Part shown: positions 58,714 to 64,000 of the stretch, one piece after another | Position numbering within the stretch: the stretch's first letter is position 1 | Layout of the letters: each line of letters starts with the position of its first letter | Assembly: GCF_000143415.4 (NCBI RefSeq) | Contig: NW_003314266.1 | Span: forward strand, 828,463-892,462 | DNA length: 64,000 bases | Origin: Selaginella moellendorffii | Lineage: Eukaryota; Plantae; Lycopodiophyta | Direction of reading: 5' to 3' | Program-made: the position numbers and the translations under genes | Notes under the pieces: model-generated | Told to the model about the DNA's origin: nothing | What the model saw: the letters and a program-made list of their open reading frames with translations, nothing else | Databases searched by the model: none

Positions 58714-58815
58714 GCCCGCATTGGTGGAAGAGGTTGTGTTTCAGTGCCTCCAGCGCCGTTGGAAGGCTTCTTTGAAACAGTCGCCGCGCGGCATTTGTAG
58801 AGAGCGCGGGCATTT
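58714..58815 (-). pseudogene. 5' stub of the PPR gene at 51674-53368
   Basis: Matches 53240-53368 with a deletion; the rest of the gene is absent. Confidence 0.8.
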
Positions 58816-59000
58816 ACTCGCTTACATTGCAAATGGGAGGCAATAATACCGTGCGGTATACAGCTCGAATAGTACCACGCGGTACGCTACTTAAGCTCCA
58901 ACAGTACTGCCCGGCACAATTTTTTCATCTTAACCGGTAGTCTCGCGCGGTGTACAGCTTGAGCTCGACAGTACACGTGTCTTTTCTTTTCGTTTTTTTT

Positions 59001-61325
59001 TCACGCTATGACTTTGTAGGGATTAAGAATTCCGTTTGGGTCGAGCATAGCTTTCATCTTTCTCATCAATTCTACCTGCGAGAAAAGCAAAAGTTTCCAG
59101 AACTTTGAGAAGAAGTCGGATTTACCGTCTCGGGACTCCTGCTGTAGTGGATTGCGTGGGCTTTCATGAAGCCCAGCCCGTGCTCGGCGCTTACGCTGCC
59201 TTTGTGCGCCGCAGTCCACTCGTACACGAATGGTTCTATCTTTGCTATAAGCTGTTCGTCAAGTCTAGAGATCTTAGAGACGAAAACACTTGAAACTTGG
59301 AAGAAAAAGCTTGCCTTTTCGTCGTAGTCTGGAGCGGAGATGTTTAGATGAAGATTTCCATCGCCGAGATGACCGTACGCTACCACTGTGGCTAATCCTC
59401 CTGTTCAAAAGAGCTTTTTAAGTCTATAGACAATTTCACTATTTGTTACCGAGTCGTTCACGAAGAATTTCCACGAGATTGTAGAGGTCTTTGATCGGTA
59501 TTGAGAGATCGTATTTGTACACTGCTCCAGCCTTCCCCAGGGCTTCGGCAATTCCCTGAAACAAAGATGGAGAAAAGATTGTAACGAGGAAGTTGTAGAA
59601 ACCATGCCTCTCTTATATGCCAGAAATTTGATATTTGAGTGTTGTCCTGTGCGATTGTGCCGTCGACAACGAGTCCTTGTGTAAGAACAGTCTCCACAAA
59701 GTTATCTAGCTTCTCCCTGTAAAAAAAACATAAGTACAGACATCCTAGGAGCGTGGATGTAATAGCTTACTTATCATGTGACTGATTACTGCCTGTGGTT
59801 TCTATGAGAAGGTAAAATTTTTCCTTGGCATCGGGAAGTGGATGACGATGTCCGGAGTGTTTTAGCACCTAAAAGAAACTGATTTAGATCAAACATGAAA
59901 TGGATCCCATACAAGTTCTTCGCTTACCATATCAAGCGCAAACGAATCAATAAACTCAAATGCCGACAGCACTTCGCCGAGATGTTTCCTTGCTTCGAGA
60001 AGCATTTTCTGTGGAGGAAACATCAGCAAACATGCGAAAAAGAGGATCACAATGTCGTTTCTTACCTGGCAGCTTGTGTAGTCTGTGCACGCCAGAAATC
60101 CCACATTCACGGAAGGTAGCTTTTGTGGTGTCAGCACAGCCACTTTAGTCACCACTCCAAGTGTTCCTTCGGCTCCTGTTTAAATGCTTTGTAAGCAGTG
60201 ATATGGAACTGCTTTGTAGAAATGAAACATACCAATAAAGAGTTGCTTCAAATCGTAGCCCGTGTTGTCCTTTCTTAAACTCGATAGCATATCCAGAATT
60301 GTTCCATCTGATAATACAACTTCAAGGCCTACAAGAAAGAAGAAGGTTTGAGACTTAGAAAGAGCAAATCTACGATTTCTACCGAGAATGTTTCCATGCA
60401 GTGACCCGTATCTTATCAAACGAAGGCCACCTGCGTTTGTAGAAACGTTTCCTCCGATCTGGCAGCTTCCTTTGGCTCCGAGGTCCAAGGGAAACATGAA
60501 ACTGCGAGGAGATTAAGCCGAGATTAAACTGAAGTAAGTTTATACCCTTTGTCCGCAAGAAATTTGTCCAGTGTTTCCAAAATGCAGCCTGCTTCACAGA
60601 TGAGAATACCACTGACCTGCAAGCTTCGAGATTCGAACGGATGAGAAATCTAGAGAAACGAGAAGTCCCACCTCATCGAAGGAAATGATCGAGTTCATTG
60701 CTCCTAGATTGACTATAACCTGGTTGGATCATTCCAAAACTAGAGCTTGAAACAGATAAGTTTTTTTCATACCTCATCAAATACAGGAACGCTTCCTCCA
60801 ACAAGCCCCGTGTTGCCACCTTGAGGAACAACAGCAATTCTTCTCGAACTGCTGTACTTCAGGATCTCGGCTACCTGGCCTGGAGGAACTAAGAACTTTG
60901 GAGAGAAAACGTTTAATCGAGACACTCACTTGATTTGAAGATTGGGGGCGAAGGAGGAGCTGAGCGGATCCTTTGAACTTCCTCATCCAGTCCGTGTTGG
61001 CCACTTCCAATTCATCCTTGTCCACAACCAGGCCCTTCGATCCCACTATCCCGGAGAAGTGCTTGATATCTTGATCATCCAGTGTTGCAAAGCGTTCATC
61101 TCTTACAACTTTGGAGGACGCTGGAACGCTGTAAGCTCGACAATTCTCTAGCCACTTCTTCCCTGGAGAAACTCGAGCGATCAAGTTTTGGAATGATAGA
61201 GAAAACTCATGAAAGAAGAATGTGTACCGAGAGGTGTCCAGCGTCGTTGAGCTAGAATTCTCCTCATCTCCGGTAGAGCGAGCCCTAATAGAAAGTCTAG
61301 TAAGTAGTGTGCATCGTTTATTCAT
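59001..61325 (-). CDS. D2HGDH: Mitochondrial D-2-hydroxyglutarate dehydrogenase, multi-exon
   Basis: [99 protein letters not shown]. Confidence 0.92.
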
Positions 61326-61365
61326 TCACCACTGCCACTTATTCCAGAAGAGAAGCTCGAAGGCT

Positions 61366-62799
61366 CTAAAACGGTCGAGCTCTATACATTGTCACCTCTT
61401 GTTGCTTGAAGTAGCGTCGATCTTCCTCGTCCACGAGCACCAGGTTGAGGTAGTACTTGACGCTGAATTTGTTGTTCACGTTGCGATACGTTGGCGTGAG
61501 ATTGAAAGGACTCAGAAACAAGCGAATTGGAACGGATTCTCCTGCCATAAAACAAAGTTAAAAAGAGGAACTTTCAGTCGATCATCAAGGACATACCACG
61601 AACAGGAGCTCCATCCATAAGTTCATACTTTGCAATCGTCTCGGTCTCGTTGTAAGTGTTTGGCCCCGAGCCAGTGGACTCCCGGCGTCTTACTTCAATC
61701 TCCATGTGTCGGATCTTGAACCGGACGAGTAGAAAGAAAATCTTGCCAAGGATCACGTCCTTCAAGTGATATCTGAAAGGAAAAACTTGTTTTTCTCCAA
61801 GAGCTAAACAACGTGAAGGCTTACTTGCTTTTGTTGTACTCGAACTCTATGTGTAGACAATCCTCAATCCCAACCTCCATCTAAGCACAAGTTAGTTTTT
61901 TTTTAAAATAAAAAAACAGTAAATTGTCGAAAAAAAACCTTGATAGAATTGTTGATTGCGGGAGGAGTCGAGAAATTGTGTACCTGGTTATGCAGGAAGT
62001 TAAGAAAAAAGTCAGCCTTGTTTGCTCAAGATCATACCCAGAAGTCCTTGCTCTCTGTAAGATTCGACAAATAGTTTCTGCTAACAGTGACTTTCAGTAT
62101 ATACCTACAAGAAAGAAAGAAAAAAGCATTGACAAAAAGAGAGAGAGAGAAAAACATGAACACTAACCTCAATCTCACGTTTGTGCCGTTGTAGGATTCA
62201 TACGGCATTTCCACCGCTGAGAACTCAAAAGGATAGACTTTTCTCTCCGCAATCTCTCCCAAGACATCCAGCTCCCTCACTGGAAAAAGTTGGAGTATAT
62301 AGAACTTGAAACTATAGAACTAGAAACTAAAGCTACCAAGTGATGTGAAATCGTAGTAATTCCCGCGATCGAAATAGAGCTCTGTGAAGTTTTTCGTGTG
62401 AGCAAAAAAAAGAGAGTTGTTCTATAAAAAAGTACCAATCTGCCCGAGTAGCTCGATCTTCACACCGGTATGCTCAAGCTTTCTTCCAGGCAATGGATCG
62501 ATACGAACCTGTTGTTCCATGCTAGAAAAATTCCATGACGAGCTAAACAGCCATACCTCTCCATGAAGGCTCTCTTGGCTGTGAAAAATCGGCAGACCAT
62601 TGCCCTTCTACAACACAATGCAAAACCATTAGCGGAAAGAAGAGGAAGAAATACAGAGAAATCGATACATAGTTTCTTCTGGTATCACTCTCGGCAAGCA
62701 TGATCGCGATCACGCAAGGCGATTTGAAAGCGCCGACGATTAGATCCTGCCAGAGAAAGAGATCATATCAGTGTAAGAACAAAGATCACACCACACCAT
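61366..62799 (-). CDS. VPS26: Retromer subunit VPS26
   Basis: 3-nt first exon ATG|DLIVGAFKSPC; LEHTGVKIELLGQI|ELYFDRGN; EMPYESYNGTNVRLR; MEVGIEDCLHIEFEYNKS; YYLNLVLVDEEDRRYFKQQE. Confidence 0.92.
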
Positions 62800-62904
62800 T
62801 GCGCCTGCTCCGGGATGATAGAACCCTACATTCCATTTTAAGTACGTGGCACAATGTGAAAGTGACACGTCACAAACTTGGGATATTGATATTTGGAGTC
62901 TTAA

Positions 62905-63370
62905 ATTTAAAGGTTTGTTCAAGCAAACCCATTGTCGTTATAGAGGCAATCAATGGTGCTGGTCACAGCGCTTCCATCCTTGTCATTGCAAGTTGTAGTG
63001 AAATCGCACTCTGTGAAAAAGCGATCTGCTGCTATATAGAATTCGCTGAATTTTGAGTACTGCCAAACTGTGGGGTAAAACTCACTGCAAGTGAACGTCT
63101 TGTTGGGGTTAACCTGGATGCACCATGCCAAGTCGATGCTCATCAGAGCATAGAGCCGGCCTGTGCTCCTTTGGCACTTGAGATTTCGTGCTGACGGCTG
63201 GCAAGGAGCGGCATGAGGTCTTGAATCCTACAATGTTCAAACAAGCCATACATTTTCATCACTATAAGTACTAAGAAGAACAATATCATGGACTCACAGT
63301 GGCCTGTGGTGGAGTGCCCATGAGCAGCAGGACCATGGAGAAGCTGAGAAGGAGAGCAAACGATGCCATG
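62905..63370 (-). pseudogene. CVNH pseudogene paralogue
   Basis: Same exon/intron layout as 54264-54817 (SIDLAWCIQVNP...STIDCLYNDNG) with deletions, a damaged acceptor and frame disruption. Confidence 0.8.
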
Positions 63371-63687
63371 ACTTTGAGAAACATGAATAGCTAGCTCTTG
63401 GCCAAGCTCATTGCTACTTTGACAGCTCTCCAGGTAATAACATAAAATTCTAAAAAGCTGTTGATCCACCCAGTCTCGAATAAAAGCAACTTTGGTGATA
63501 GGACCATCTGAGATCAAAACCAGCACCAGTGCTATAGAAGATTAGGTAATTAATGGATTTTAAATCTGTTGACAATATGAGTAAGGAATATACTATAAAT
63601 ATTTAAGTATATCACTAATTCTCTCTAATTCTTTTTAATTATGATTTAGTATTAATTTTATTATTAATCACTAATATAAACTGTGAT

Positions 63688-63880
63688 TTTGAGTGCATGG
63701 AATATGGAAATAGAATATACACAATTATTCTATTAGCCTTAAAACCCTAGCTTATATATAAAAGAAGATTGAAATCAATCCGATAACTATCAAAATCCCA
63801 CTACACTAATATTAATATATAACATTGTAACGATTTAGCTGGACGTACATTATCTCCCTCTTTCGAAAGGAAGGATAAAA
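63688..63880 (-). mobile_element. Old, AT-mutated LTR plus PPT relic of the same gypsy family
   Basis: gagtgcatggaatatggaaa...aaaaccctagcttatata...gattgaaatcaatccga...aaaatcccactacactaatatta matches the reverse complement of the LTR. Confidence 0.8.
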
Positions 63881-64000
63881 GGTAATTAAAGTTTGAAATT
63901 AAACTCAATACATGAGAGTTCTTATTAAGTTAGTGTAAGTGATTAATTTTTTCATTATACTTTAGTCATTTAACCACACTATTGACCATTTGAAAGAGTT

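Overview
Gene-dense eukaryotic plant DNA with short GT-AG introns (many ~50-60 nt). GC-rich exons alternate with AT-rich TE-scarred spacers. Intron size, gene density, SS-rich PLS-PPRs and a CVNH gene point to a lycophyte such as Selaginella (inference). Contents: two diterpene-synthase pseudogene copies, a membrane protein with a poly-His tail, kinesin-7/RING, TyrRS head-to-head with TOM20, and a spliced Uma2/PD-(D/E)XK nuclease-like gene beside a PAT-LAP chimeric pseudogene. A 16-kb defence/specialised-metabolism run follows (LysM pseudokinase, peroxidase, Gnk2/DUF26, type III PKS, single-intron PDR/ABCG), with two tRNAs. Also present: three PPR genes, RPN11, and a complete non-chromodomain Ty3/gypsy element with a -1 frameshift pseudoknot plus two relics (one a 19-bp micro-LTR with its own TSD). 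The window ends with a duplicated PPR-D2HGDH-VPS26-CVNH block showing reciprocal gene loss. All calls are by eye from motifs and the ORF track; no database searches were run.
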